From NCBI GenBank assembly GCA_963666275.2, contig CAXXOA010000001.1:2016001-2080000 (forward strand): a stretch of DNA of 64,000 bases. The letters run 5' to 3'. This stretch comes from Oceanispirochaeta sp. GTDB taxonomy: Bacteria; Spirochaetota; Spirochaetia; DSM-2461. Shown here piece after piece: positions 29,452 to 38,849 of the stretch (positions are counted from its first letter, which is position 1; every line of letters starts with the position of its first letter). A program made the position numbers and the translations under genes. A model generated the notes under the pieces. The model did no database searches. It had not been told where the DNA came from and worked only from the letters and a program-made list of their open reading frames with translations.

Positions 29452-30708
29452 ATGAAAAAGGGTTTACTCCTCATTATAATACTTCTCAGCTCCCTTCAGG
29501 TCTCTGCCGGGACAAATACGGCGGCGGCCTATGCCTATTTGAGTGAAATTTTCGGCATTGATCCCAATGCCGGGCTGAACTCATTCCTCACTCTGACCAT
29601 CCCGGCAGGGGGCAAATACGAAGGAATGGGAACCGCTTTCACAGCCATGAGTTCCGATTCAAGCTTTCTGGATTCCAATCCGGCAGGAAGCTCTTTTGTC
29701 AAAAATTCAGAACTTACCTTCTATCACAATAACTGGATTGAAGAAACCAATATTGAGAGTGTGACCTATACGGCCCGCTGGGATAATCTGGGCGTCGGGG
29801 TGGGAGGAAAATTCCTCTACCTCCCTTTTGTGGGCATTGACGACTGGGGAGATCGAGCCCAGAATGATGATGGAACCTATGCCAAAGGGTATTACACAGA
29901 AACCATCGCCACTGCCAATGCGGCCTATACCTTTCTGAATGACTACTACTATCATGGATTTTCTGTGGGAACCAACTTCAAAGTGGGCTACAGAGGAGTC
30001 CCCTATTCGATTGCCCCGAATCAGTCGGCCCTGGCCATCATGGTGGATGTGGGGCTGCAGACCCGCTTCAATGTACTGAAATATTTCAGTTCCCGGGAAA
30101 AGAATTTCTCCTTCGGGATTGTGGCAAAGAACCTGGGCACCGAGTTCATCAATGATCCGGATCCCCTTCCCACCATTCTATCAACCGGAATTGCCTACTC
30201 ACCCATAAGGCCTCTGATCTGGGCATTTGACGTTAACTATCCCTTCAATCTGGATGGAACGCCCTCGGAAGCGATCAGTTATTCCACAGGTTTTGATATG
30301 AGTTTTACACCCTTTCTTTCGGTACAGTCGGGATTTCTCCTGAAACAGGGCCTACCCCGGTTCAGCGTGGGATCCTCTTTCGATATGGAGAAATTCAGTA
30401 TTACAGCAAACTATACTCTGGATCTGACAACACAGGTCAACAAGATTGACAGATTCAGCCTTTCACTGAAACTGAATCTGGGAGACTTCGGGCGCATGTC
30501 AAGGAATGAAAAAGCCCAGCTTCTCTATCTGGAAGGCCTCGAAGCCTATGCCAATGGAAAGATAAACGAGGCGATTGATATCTGGGAAGAGTGTCTGACC
30601 TACAGGGAGGATTTCACTCCCGCCGCGGAAATGATCAAAACTGCCAGAAAAACACTGGATCTGAACAGGCAGATTGAAGAGAACCAGACCGTAGAAGAAG
30701 AGGCTTAA
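29452..30708 (+). CDS. UPF0164 family (FadL/PorV-like) outer membrane protein with C-terminal TPR
   Basis: Signal peptide; IPAGGKYEGMGTAFTA, NPAGS, FYHNNWI; C-terminal YLEGLEAYANG TPR. Confidence 0.82.
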   Translation: MKKGLLLIIILLSSLQVSAGTNTAAAYAYLSEIFGIDPNAGLNSFLTLTIPAGGKYEGMGTAFTAMSSDSSFLDSNPAGSSFVKNSELTFYHNNWIEETNIESVTYTARWDNLGVGVGGKFLYLPFVGIDDWGDRAQNDDGTYAKGYYTETIATANAAYTFLNDYYYHGFSVGTNFKVGYRGVPYSIAPNQSALAIMVDVGLQTRFNVLKYFSSREKNFSFGIVAKNLGTEFINDPDPLPTILSTGIAYSPIRPLIWAFDVNYPFNLDGTPSEAISYSTGFDMSFTPFLSVQSGFLLKQGLPRFSVGSSFDMEKFSITANYTLDLTTQVNKIDRFSLSLKLNLGDFGRMSRNEKAQLLYLEGLEAYANGKINEAIDIWEECLTYREDFTPAAEMIKTARKTLDLNRQIEENQTVEEEA

Positions 30709-30717
30709 CCCCTCTTC

Positions 30718-31440
30718 CTATTTGCTGATGACAAAATTATTGAGCTGTTTCAGGAGTATTTTCAGCTCTCTTTCTGAAAGCTCTCGCACCGGTTCTGTTT
30801 TTTTCCCGGCTCTCCTGAAAGGGAAAGATCTTGTCTTTTTAAAATACTTTTCCAGGGCCATGCGGAAATTGTAGGTTTCATCGCTGAAGGAATTGAAAAA
30901 TATGGGTGTTGCCCCTTCTTTCAGCATCTGATCGACATCACTCTCTTTCATAGAACTCAGCTTTTCAAGGTAAAGCTCCACCTGCTCCAGAAAGGGGGAC
31001 TTCTCAAAAGGAATCCTGTCGAACAGCTGTATCATATCCTGTTTTTTCAGCTGGGCTTTTTCCGAATGGACCTCCTGATTGCTCAGCCTGTACCATCCCA
31101 GAACCGCCAGCACCAGAGAAAGAACAATCTCATCTACCAGAGGCAGAGGATCCCTGACCACATAGGAGAGAAAATAATAGGATAAAAGGAATATACCTGT
31201 GGCAAGAAGAAAGTGCAGCAGGAACCGGGAATCATTGAACCAGGCTCTTACAGCCAGTTCAATTCTGACCTTTCCTATTCTCTGGAACTCCTGCATATCC
31301 TCCGGATCGGGAGAGGTTCCGAAATATCCCTGGAAGCTCTCGTTCTCAAGAGCATCAAGCAGACCGGATTTTTCGGGAAAATCCGCAATAAAGCATTTAT
31401 TGGCATTCCAATGGAGGAAGTATATGTTGGTAGGTTTCAA
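30718..31440 (-). CDS. Hypothetical membrane protein
   Basis: Two TM helices around RDPLPLVDE; directly follows the ankyrin gene. Confidence 0.65.
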   Translation of the reverse strand: MKPTNIYFLHWNANKCFIADFPEKSGLLDALENESFQGYFGTSPDPEDMQEFQRIGKVRIELAVRAWFNDSRFLLHFLLATGIFLLSYYFLSYVVRDPLPLVDEIVLSLVLAVLGWYRLSNQEVHSEKAQLKKQDMIQLFDRIPFEKSPFLEQVELYLEKLSSMKESDVDQMLKEGATPIFFNSFSDETYNFRMALEKYFKKTRSFPFRRAGKKTEPVRELSERELKILLKQLNNFVISK

Positions 31441-31443
31441 ATT

Positions 31444-32355
31444 TCAGTCTCCTTTTTTTGCCGGAAGGATATCCAGAATCTCTTTCATAGCATAAAGCTC
31501 CGCATATTTTCTGGCTGAGAGGCCCAGGGAGTCCACAATATCGGGATCAGCTCCCGCATTGATCAGTTCTACCGCACAATCCAGATTCTTGTTTCCTACA
31601 GCAAGTGCCAGAGCAGTCTGTCCGCTTTTGCTTTTTCTTTCAAGATCCGCCTCATGGTTTATAAGAAATCTTACAATTTCATGATGCCCTTCCGAGGCGG
31701 CATCCATCAGAGGGGAGTTATCCCTGTCGGTACTTATTTTATTCAGGTCTCCGCCTGCCTTGTAGAGAATCTGCAGGATGCCCAGATAACCGTGCCTTGC
31801 AGCCAGACCGATCAGGGTCACATGATCCATGGACTCTTTATTGATATTGAATCCCGCTTCCAGGTAGATCCCCACCATGAATCTGTCACCTTTCTCTACC
31901 GCCCTGGCCAGTCCTTCGAAGGTATGATCATCCAGTCTGTCCTGAAGAGCCCTCATGGCAATCCTTCTCTTGGTTTCCTGATCCCACTGGGGGAGAATCT
32001 CTTCCAGGTGATCTCTCAGTTCTTCAATAGTATCCGACCACATGTACATTTCCAGGATATCACTGTAGAGAAAGGAGGATGAGTTCTCAAAGGTATTGAT
32101 GAGAACCTGCTTATTGTTGGTAGCGGCGGCTCCGAGAACATAACTGAACCATTGAGAGCTGAAATCCGATTTTACGGGGAAAAGGATGAAATAATCCGAA
32201 TAGAGGAGTCCTTCATTCAGAGCCTTGATGGTACCTCTGTTCCAGGTGTCATCAAAAAAGAAGGCATGAGTCTCGATGAAATACTCATCAAAAAGAGAGG
32301 AAACATCAACCAGGAGATCTTTTCTTTCAGGTGAACAAAAAATAGTAATTTTCAT
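31444..32355 (-). CDS. Ankyrin repeat protein with N-terminal TIR-like domain
   Basis: Ankyrin repeats (SPLMDAASEGH, TALALAVG); N-terminal alpha/beta pattern SDYFILF...SSQWFSYVLG. Confidence 0.75.
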   Translation of the reverse strand: MKITIFCSPERKDLLVDVSSLFDEYFIETHAFFFDDTWNRGTIKALNEGLLYSDYFILFPVKSDFSSQWFSYVLGAAATNNKQVLINTFENSSSFLYSDILEMYMWSDTIEELRDHLEEILPQWDQETKRRIAMRALQDRLDDHTFEGLARAVEKGDRFMVGIYLEAGFNINKESMDHVTLIGLAARHGYLGILQILYKAGGDLNKISTDRDNSPLMDAASEGHHEIVRFLINHEADLERKSKSGQTALALAVGNKNLDCAVELINAGADPDIVDSLGLSARKYAELYAMKEILDILPAKKGD

Positions 32356-32431
32356 ACAGTTCTTTCTATTTTCCTCTGTTTCTTCCGGGAATAATTCTTC
32401 TTAACCATTATCGGTTATATATGGTAAAAAA

Positions 32432-33796
32432 TTGAACTGCACGGTACAATTGCCTGAATATATGGATAAAGAACAGGAATCTCCGGAACTGGAACAGACC
32501 GAAAATGAAGAAAAACTCCTCAACCGGTACATGCAGGAACTTGTAGAAATACAGGACAGCCGATTGCTGACCCGGGAGGATCTGGTAAAACTGGATGAAA
32601 AGTACCCCCTTTCCCAGCAGTACAAAGATAAACTGTATATGCTCTCTTCCCGGCATATCACAAGGGCGGAACAGTACAAAAAGCAGGAACGCTGGGACAC
32701 GGCCATCATTGAGACTGAAAGGGCTCTCCTTTTCTCTCCTCTGGATGAGCAGCTCCGGCTGGACCTGGCGGAACTCTACCTGAACAGAAGCCGTCAGTAC
32801 GGATATCTTGAAAAAGACCTCAGACGATCTGAAGAGAAAATCAAAGAAACATTAACACTTCATCCCAGGAGTAAATCCGCCCTTCGCATGCAGAAGGAGA
32901 TGCAGGAACTCTATCGAATTCTGAAAGGGAAGGACCAGAACCGTAAGATGATCCCCATTATCCTCGGAATCCTTCTGATAGTGGGGGCTGTTTCCTATCC
33001 CAGGATCAGACAGTTCCAGTTCTGGGGCAGTCAGGATACCCCTCAGGAGGAGTCTCTCTCTCCGGCAGAAAACAATGACTGGTCCTCCCGGACTCTTCAG
33101 GTGGAAACCACGGACTCACTGAAAGAGAGGATTGATCTTGATATCACTCAGGCGGAAATTGAAAAACGGGACTCAGGATTCGGAATATCCCTGCAGGGAT
33201 ACACAAGAACCGTGTCGGGCCCGCTGGAACAGATGACACTGAAAGTCAGCCTCAAAGGGCGGACAGAACCACTTTTTGAAAAAAGTATTCCCCTCCTCGA
33301 TAAAGACAGCCCGATCCTCTATCCCGAAGAGACTCTCCCCTTTTCGGACTATACCCATCTGACCGATTACGACAGTCAGAGTGATGAACTTTTCATCGAA
33401 CTGGAATCTATCCGGAAATCCGGAATCGATCCTGAAAGTCAGATCTGGGAAACCAGTATGACCCAGTGGGAACTGCCCCAGCCGGAAGGGATAAACCTTG
33501 AATTTCAGACAAGACGGGAAAATTTCCTTGAGGGCTATGACGCCCAGTACCTATATGAAGATATCAGGGTGGTGAACAGAAGCCTCAAAGAAATAGAGGA
33601 CCTTCAGATAGCAGTCCACTGGCTTGATGATTCACAGGCTCTTCTTGCCTCCAGAGAACTGTCCCTGGTCCCCCCGGGGAATCCCTCCATAAGGGGGGAA
33701 TCGATACAGACATACAGGGTCCTTCTGGACTTACCGAAAACACAGATACAGCCTCCGGGATCACCGGCAGTGACAATTCAGCAGATTAAGGAATAA
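32432..33796 (+). CDS. Hypothetical membrane-anchored protein with N-terminal TPR
   Basis: TPR-like WDTAIIETERALLFSP; single TM helix IPIILGILLIVGAV; start uncertain. Confidence 0.6.
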   Translation: MNCTVQLPEYMDKEQESPELEQTENEEKLLNRYMQELVEIQDSRLLTREDLVKLDEKYPLSQQYKDKLYMLSSRHITRAEQYKKQERWDTAIIETERALLFSPLDEQLRLDLAELYLNRSRQYGYLEKDLRRSEEKIKETLTLHPRSKSALRMQKEMQELYRILKGKDQNRKMIPIILGILLIVGAVSYPRIRQFQFWGSQDTPQEESLSPAENNDWSSRTLQVETTDSLKERIDLDITQAEIEKRDSGFGISLQGYTRTVSGPLEQMTLKVSLKGRTEPLFEKSIPLLDKDSPILYPEETLPFSDYTHLTDYDSQSDELFIELESIRKSGIDPESQIWETSMTQWELPQPEGINLEFQTRRENFLEGYDAQYLYEDIRVVNRSLKEIEDLQIAVHWLDDSQALLASRELSLVPPGNPSIRGESIQTYRVLLDLPKTQIQPPGSPAVTIQQIKE

Positions 33797-33800
33797 CAAT

Positions 33801-34304
33801 ATGGAAAAAACAGAAATCATGAAAATTGATCAGATAGACTGGGACAGCTGGGAAGCGACGGAAACAGCCGTTATAACCTATATACTGAAGGATGAGGAAG
33901 TTCTGCTGATCCATAAAAAAAAGGGTCTGGGCGCGGGAATGATCAATGCTCCCGGGGGCCATATCGAAGAGGGAGAAACACCCGAAGAGGCTGCCATCCG
34001 GGAGACAAGGGAAGAAGTAGGTCTTGAAACGGAGAACCTGATTTTTTCAGGAGATCTTTTTTTCCATTTCACCAACGGACTGAAACTGAGGGGAACTGTC
34101 TTTCTCTGCCGGGACTTTTCAGGGGATCTGATTGAAACCGATGAAGCGGATCCTTTCTGGTGCTCTCTGAAAGAGATCCCCTGGGACAGGATGTGGGAAG
34201 ACGACCGTTACTGGCTTCCCCGAGCTCTGGAAGGAGAGCAGTTTACAGGACGATTCCTTTTCGACGGTGAAAAGATGATGGATTATGAGCTCCGTTTTTT
34301 ATGA
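33801..34304 (+). CDS. NUDIX hydrolase (8-oxo-dGTP diphosphatase-like)
   Basis: Nudix box GGHIEEGETPEEAAIRETREEVG; MWEDDRYWLP. Confidence 0.9.
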   Translation: MEKTEIMKIDQIDWDSWEATETAVITYILKDEEVLLIHKKKGLGAGMINAPGGHIEEGETPEEAAIRETREEVGLETENLIFSGDLFFHFTNGLKLRGTVFLCRDFSGDLIETDEADPFWCSLKEIPWDRMWEDDRYWLPRALEGEQFTGRFLFDGEKMMDYELRFL

Positions 34305-34589
34305 TTTCTGGCTCTGATTATAGAGGTCAAGCATTTTCCCGAAGGGGGAATCCTCTTTTTTAAGTTCCTTGGATCCCCTTGTTATTTTACAGAGACTCAG
34401 TCCCAGTTTTTCTGCGATTTTTCTCTGGGACATTCCTTCCCTTATGAGTTTCACCAGGGCCCAGCGTGTTGCCATTTCGTGTGTTTCATTCTCTGTGAGC
34501 AGACCGTTGCAGAGAAAATCGTATATAAGTTCCACATCATCACAGGCAGCCAATGCCCGGGACATCTCTTTTATTGAATCATTATCCAT
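34299..34589 (-). CDS. TrpR/YerC/YecD family DNA-binding protein
   Basis: LLTENE..EMATRW, MSQRKIAEKLGLSLCKITRGS; start overlaps the upstream stop. Confidence 0.85.
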   Translation of the reverse strand: MDNDSIKEMSRALAACDDVELIYDFLCNGLLTENETHEMATRWALVKLIREGMSQRKIAEKLGLSLCKITRGSKELKKEDSPFGKMLDLYNQSQKS

Positions 34590-35979
34590 CACTGTTCTCC
34601 TGCTGGGGTGTTTTGAGGAACTCCTGCTCCAATCCGAAATCATGGATTTTCCGGTGCAGGGTTTTCCGGCCGATACCGAGGATTTCGGCGGCTTTGCTTT
34701 TATTGCCGTTCACATGGCTGAGGGTCGACCGGATGATGGCTTTTTCGGATTCAGCCATATTTGTTCCCAGTTTGATCTTGATATACCCGTCTTCCGCCCC
34801 TTCTCTTATGGCAGGTGGCAGATCTTCGCTCATGATAAAATGTCCCCGACAGAGGACAACGGCGCTTTCGATACAGTTCCTGAGCTCCCGTACATTTCCG
34901 GGCCAGGAGTAATTGTGCAGCGCCATGGCAGCCTTATTATCAATTCCCTCAATTGACTTCCCGTTCTCCTCGTTGAACTCTTTCAGAAAAGCACTCACGA
35001 GAAGAGGTATGTCCTCTTTACGTTCTCTCAGCGGGGGAATATGAATATTGACAACATTCAGCCTGTAGTAGAGGTCCTCCCGGAAGTTTCCCTTTTCGAT
35101 CTCCTCTTTCAGATCACGGTTGGTCGCCGCAATTAGACGGGTATCGATTTTCACAGTCTGGGTTCCTCCGACTCTCTCAAACTCCCGCTCCTGAAGGACT
35201 CTCAGAATTTTTATCTGTACCGACTGATTTATCTCTCCGATCTCATCCAGAAAAATGGAACCCTTGTCGGAGAGCTCAAACCGTCCCTTCCTCTGGGAAA
35301 CGGCTCCTGTAAAGGCCCCTTTTTCATGACCGAAAAGTTCGCTCTCCAGAAGGGATTCGGAAAGGGCCGCACAATGGACTTTGACAAGGGGATATTCCTC
35401 CCTGTTGGACTGATTATGGATGGCTTCGGCAACGAGTTCCTTTCCGACGCCGCTCTCACCGGTAATAAGAACAGAAGCTTTTGTGGAAGCCACCTGGGAT
35501 ATCAGTTCAAAAACCTTCTGCATCTGACTGCTTTTTCCGATAAACCTGGCTGTACTCTTTTTGCTCTCAAGCCGGGCGACCTCTTCCTGGAGTTCCCTGT
35601 GTTTCAGAACCAGCTCCCGGGAGGAAAGCGCCCTTTTGGCCAGAAGCGACAGATGGTCCAGATTGACAGGTTTGGTCAGAAAATCATAGGCCCCGTCTCT
35701 CATGGCCTTTACGGCGTTTTCGACAGTTCCATGCCCTGTCAGAATAATAACAGGAACTGTGGGATAGGCGGAAGAGACCTTTTTAAGGAGTTCTTCTCCC
35801 GAAACCCTGGGCATCCTCAAATCTGTTATGACAAGATCGATTTCAGATTTCACCATGATTTTCATGGCTTCGCTGCCCTCTTCGGCCAGATGGACATTGT
35901 AGCCGTCCATTTCGAGAGATTTTCCCAGGCCTACCCTGATATTTTTTTCATCATCAACAACAAGTATATTAAATTTCAT
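34582..35979 (-). CDS. Sigma54-dependent response regulator (NtrC family, Rrp2-like)
   Basis: REC domain, Walker A GESGVGKE, GAFTGA, FREDLYYRL, Fis-type HTH. Confidence 0.95.
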   Translation of the reverse strand: MKFNILVVDDEKNIRVGLGKSLEMDGYNVHLAEEGSEAMKIMVKSEIDLVITDLRMPRVSGEELLKKVSSAYPTVPVIILTGHGTVENAVKAMRDGAYDFLTKPVNLDHLSLLAKRALSSRELVLKHRELQEEVARLESKKSTARFIGKSSQMQKVFELISQVASTKASVLITGESGVGKELVAEAIHNQSNREEYPLVKVHCAALSESLLESELFGHEKGAFTGAVSQRKGRFELSDKGSIFLDEIGEINQSVQIKILRVLQEREFERVGGTQTVKIDTRLIAATNRDLKEEIEKGNFREDLYYRLNVVNIHIPPLRERKEDIPLLVSAFLKEFNEENGKSIEGIDNKAAMALHNYSWPGNVRELRNCIESAVVLCRGHFIMSEDLPPAIREGAEDGYIKIKLGTNMAESEKAIIRSTLSHVNGNKSKAAEILGIGRKTLHRKIHDFGLEQEFLKTPQQENSDG

Positions 35980-37153
35980 CCTCAGCCCCTTCCCAGCTCA
36001 GCAGTTTTTTCTCCTTCTGCGGTATGGGAAAATCCATTGTGAAGGTTGTTCCCAGATCCTCTTTGGAATGGACATGGATCTCCCCTCCGTGCTCTTTTAT
36101 CACTTTATAGACAAGAGTCAGTCCCAGTCCCGAACCATTGTCCTTTGTCGTGAAATAGGGTTCGAAAATCTTACTGATCAGGTCCTGGGGAATGCCTCTT
36201 CCCGTATCGCTGATTTTGAGGACAACCTGACCATTTTTCACATAGGTACTGATGGAAAGGACTCCTCCGTCCGGCATGGCGGCCATGGCATTTTTCACAA
36301 TGTTAAGAAGAGCCTGCTTCATGAGTTTTTCATCAATGGGTATCTCAGGCAGCTGATTCAGGAGCTCTTCCTCCAGCTGGATCCCCTGTTCAAGGAGTTC
36401 ATACTGGACAAAAGTAATGAGTTCCTGAATGAGCTCGTTCAGGTTTCCCGGGACGGGGTTGGTATCCATGGGCCTTACGGCAAACAGATAATCCACCACG
36501 ATGGAATTCAGCCTGTCCACCTCTTCGCTTATGATGCTCAGATAGTCCTCCATATCCTCCTTGCAGGTATCCCCTTCGGAAGACAGGAGTTTCTGCATCA
36601 GCTGAAGATGGATACTGATGCTGCCCAGTGGATTTTTTATCTCATGGGCCACTCCGGCAGCCATGGTAGTCAGAGAAGCCAGACTTTCCGCCCTTCTGAG
36701 CCGGGCCTCTTCCGCCCGCTGGTCACTCACATCCTCCACATAGACAAAATCGCCCTGAATCCGCCCCTTCCTGACCACCGGCATAACCCCCACGGAAAGA
36801 GTGATATCCCGGGAGGGGGTCTCAAGGGTAAAATCCTTGGGCTTTATATTTCCCATATCCGTAAGGGAAAATTTGATAAAGCTGGCGATATCCCTGTCCA
36901 GAATGGCATCCCATACCAGCATATCCGTATAGTCTCCCTGAATCATGGGAAGCATCCTTCTGACGGGGATGTTCATAAACTGTATCTGGTGATCCGGCTT
37001 GGCCACAATGACCCCGTAGGGAAGAGAGGACAGAACCATTTCAAGCAGCTCGATGTCCTTCACTTCTTCAGCCAGAACATCAATCAGGTTTTTTATCTGC
37101 CTTTCATCCAGTTTGGGGAGTGACTGTATAGCTCGTTTAACAAAATGCCTCAT
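35969..37153 (-). CDS. Cytoplasmic PAS histidine kinase (Hk2-like)
   Basis: PAS-like region, AHEIKNPL, N/G1/F/G2 boxes; no TM helix. Confidence 0.92.
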   Translation of the reverse strand: MRHFVKRAIQSLPKLDERQIKNLIDVLAEEVKDIELLEMVLSSLPYGVIVAKPDHQIQFMNIPVRRMLPMIQGDYTDMLVWDAILDRDIASFIKFSLTDMGNIKPKDFTLETPSRDITLSVGVMPVVRKGRIQGDFVYVEDVSDQRAEEARLRRAESLASLTTMAAGVAHEIKNPLGSISIHLQLMQKLLSSEGDTCKEDMEDYLSIISEEVDRLNSIVVDYLFAVRPMDTNPVPGNLNELIQELITFVQYELLEQGIQLEEELLNQLPEIPIDEKLMKQALLNIVKNAMAAMPDGGVLSISTYVKNGQVVLKISDTGRGIPQDLISKIFEPYFTTKDNGSGLGLTLVYKVIKEHGGEIHVHSKEDLGTTFTMDFPIPQKEKKLLSWEGAEDEI

Positions 37154-38345
37154 AAATATCTCTTGTTTTATAAAATAAGCATTCCAGAAGGAAAAGTGAA
37201 TTCTGATTGAAAACTTCTGAATTTGTATGGCTTGTGTTGATCTCTTTCAGAACTTTCTTGAGGAGCGTCTGACCCGACACGGTACCATAAAGTTCCGGAT
37301 CTTCTCTGAAACGCATATGGATCTCCACCGAAAGGAGTTCCAGGAAATTTTTCAGAATGGTTTTATCCCTGTTGTTATCCATAAACTGAAAGAGATCGTC
37401 CAGGTCTGTAATGGATCCTCTTGTAAAGGCCGCATCAAGAAAGTTCCTGACATGCCCTTTCAGGAAGGTATAGTCCAGATCGCTCCACTCCTGAAAATAG
37501 TCTTTGAGAGTCATCTTTTCCTGATCGATTCTGTAGAGTTTCTGAAGGATCATATGGGATATTTCAGGAGTCCGGGGTTTGAAATCAAAAGCTCTGACCC
37601 GGGATAGTATGGTGGGGATGATATTTCCCTTCCTTTCGGCAGTCAGAATAAAGGTGACATGGGCCGGAGGTTCTTCCAGAATTTTCAGTAGCGAGTTGCT
37701 GCCGCTCTCCTGCAGTTTATCCACCTCTTCCAGAATGATGATTTTATCTGTCCCCGAACTGGTATGATGAGCCCATTTGCTCAGGTTCCTGATCTGATCT
37801 ACCGGAATCGTTGCCGGAACAGCAGGGACAAGATTTCTGGCAAGAGAAATGGTATCGTCTATTACTTTCTGCAGCTCCTCATCAGGAGGAAGCTCCTTAC
37901 CCGGATCCAGAATCTCAAGGTTCTCAGAAAGCCTGGACAGGCTGCTTGTGTAGCGGGAGAGTTTCTTCTCCATCCCTTCCCAGATCATGGGTTCAAACCT
38001 CTTCAGCAGCTTTCTGATGTTTCTGATAAACATAAACTGGGCAAAGAGAGCCCTGGTTCTGACAAGAAGATCCGCAGAAGCTTTTATTTCCGATATGAAA
38101 TAGCGATTCCCCAGTATGACCATATCAGGATTCACAACCATGCGGTGACTCCTGCAGGCCTTGCAGTCGCACTCCCAGAACCCCTCCTTCCGGCAGGTAA
38201 TAGCCCTGGCCAGCTCCAGCGCGGTGGTTAGCTTTCCGGCATAGGGTTCTCCTGTGAAAAGGATCGCATTGGGTAAATTCTTTTTTTCCAGGGCCTTTTT
38301 CAGCTGGTCCCTGACGACATCCTGTCCAATTATATTTTCAAACAA
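37137..38345 (-). CDS. holB: DNA polymerase III clamp-loader subunit, delta-prime-like
   Basis: FENIIGQ, GEPYAGKLT, Zn-binding cysteines, NSLLKILEEPP, TILSR. Confidence 0.8.
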   Translation of the reverse strand: MFENIIGQDVVRDQLKKALEKKNLPNAILFTGEPYAGKLTTALELARAITCRKEGFWECDCKACRSHRMVVNPDMVILGNRYFISEIKASADLLVRTRALFAQFMFIRNIRKLLKRFEPMIWEGMEKKLSRYTSSLSRLSENLEILDPGKELPPDEELQKVIDDTISLARNLVPAVPATIPVDQIRNLSKWAHHTSSGTDKIIILEEVDKLQESGSNSLLKILEEPPAHVTFILTAERKGNIIPTILSRVRAFDFKPRTPEISHMILQKLYRIDQEKMTLKDYFQEWSDLDYTFLKGHVRNFLDAAFTRGSITDLDDLFQFMDNNRDKTILKNFLELLSVEIHMRFREDPELYGTVSGQTLLKKVLKEINTSHTNSEVFNQNSLFLLECLFYKTRDIYEAFC

Positions 38346-38354
38346 AAGTGAGCC

Positions 38355-38849
38355 TCAAATATTCATTTGTTCCAGAATTCTCTGGCCGGAAATATCAAGC
38401 GCCGGGAGAAACCGTTCCATATAGGGAATCAGTTCCGATCCTTTGACAATGCCGGACATATCAAAAAAGGTCTGGAAATTGATAAGATAAACAACGAGAA
38501 AGACAATCAGGAGCCCCTCTAGAAGGCCGAAGAAGAATCCAAGGAGTTTATCCATCCCTTCCATAGCCGAGTCGTCTACAAGTTTTACAACACCTTTCTG
38601 CAGTAATTTGAAAACGATAAAGCTTACCAGAAAAATACAGGCAAAAGCTATTATATAGGCAATATCCTCCAGTGAGGAGCGCTGTTGAATCCACCGGGCT
38701 CCGTCACTATAGAATACGGTAGACAGAAGGAGACTGATAAAAAGAGAAGCCAGGGATAAAATTTCTGCAATCATACCGACATAAGCCCCTCTGAGAGAGG
38801 CTATCAGAATAATGAGAACAAAAATTATATCTATAAGAGACAGGCTCAT
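38355..38849 (-). CDS. cvpA: CvpA (colicin V production) family membrane protein
   Basis: IDII...RG..G, DKLLGFFFG; four TM helices. Confidence 0.88.
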   Translation of the reverse strand: MSLSLIDIIFVLIILIASLRGAYVGMIAEILSLASLFISLLLSTVFYSDGARWIQQRSSLEDIAYIIAFACIFLVSFIVFKLLQKGVVKLVDDSAMEGMDKLLGFFFGLLEGLLIVFLVVYLINFQTFFDMSGIVKGSELIPYMERFLPALDISGQRILEQMNI

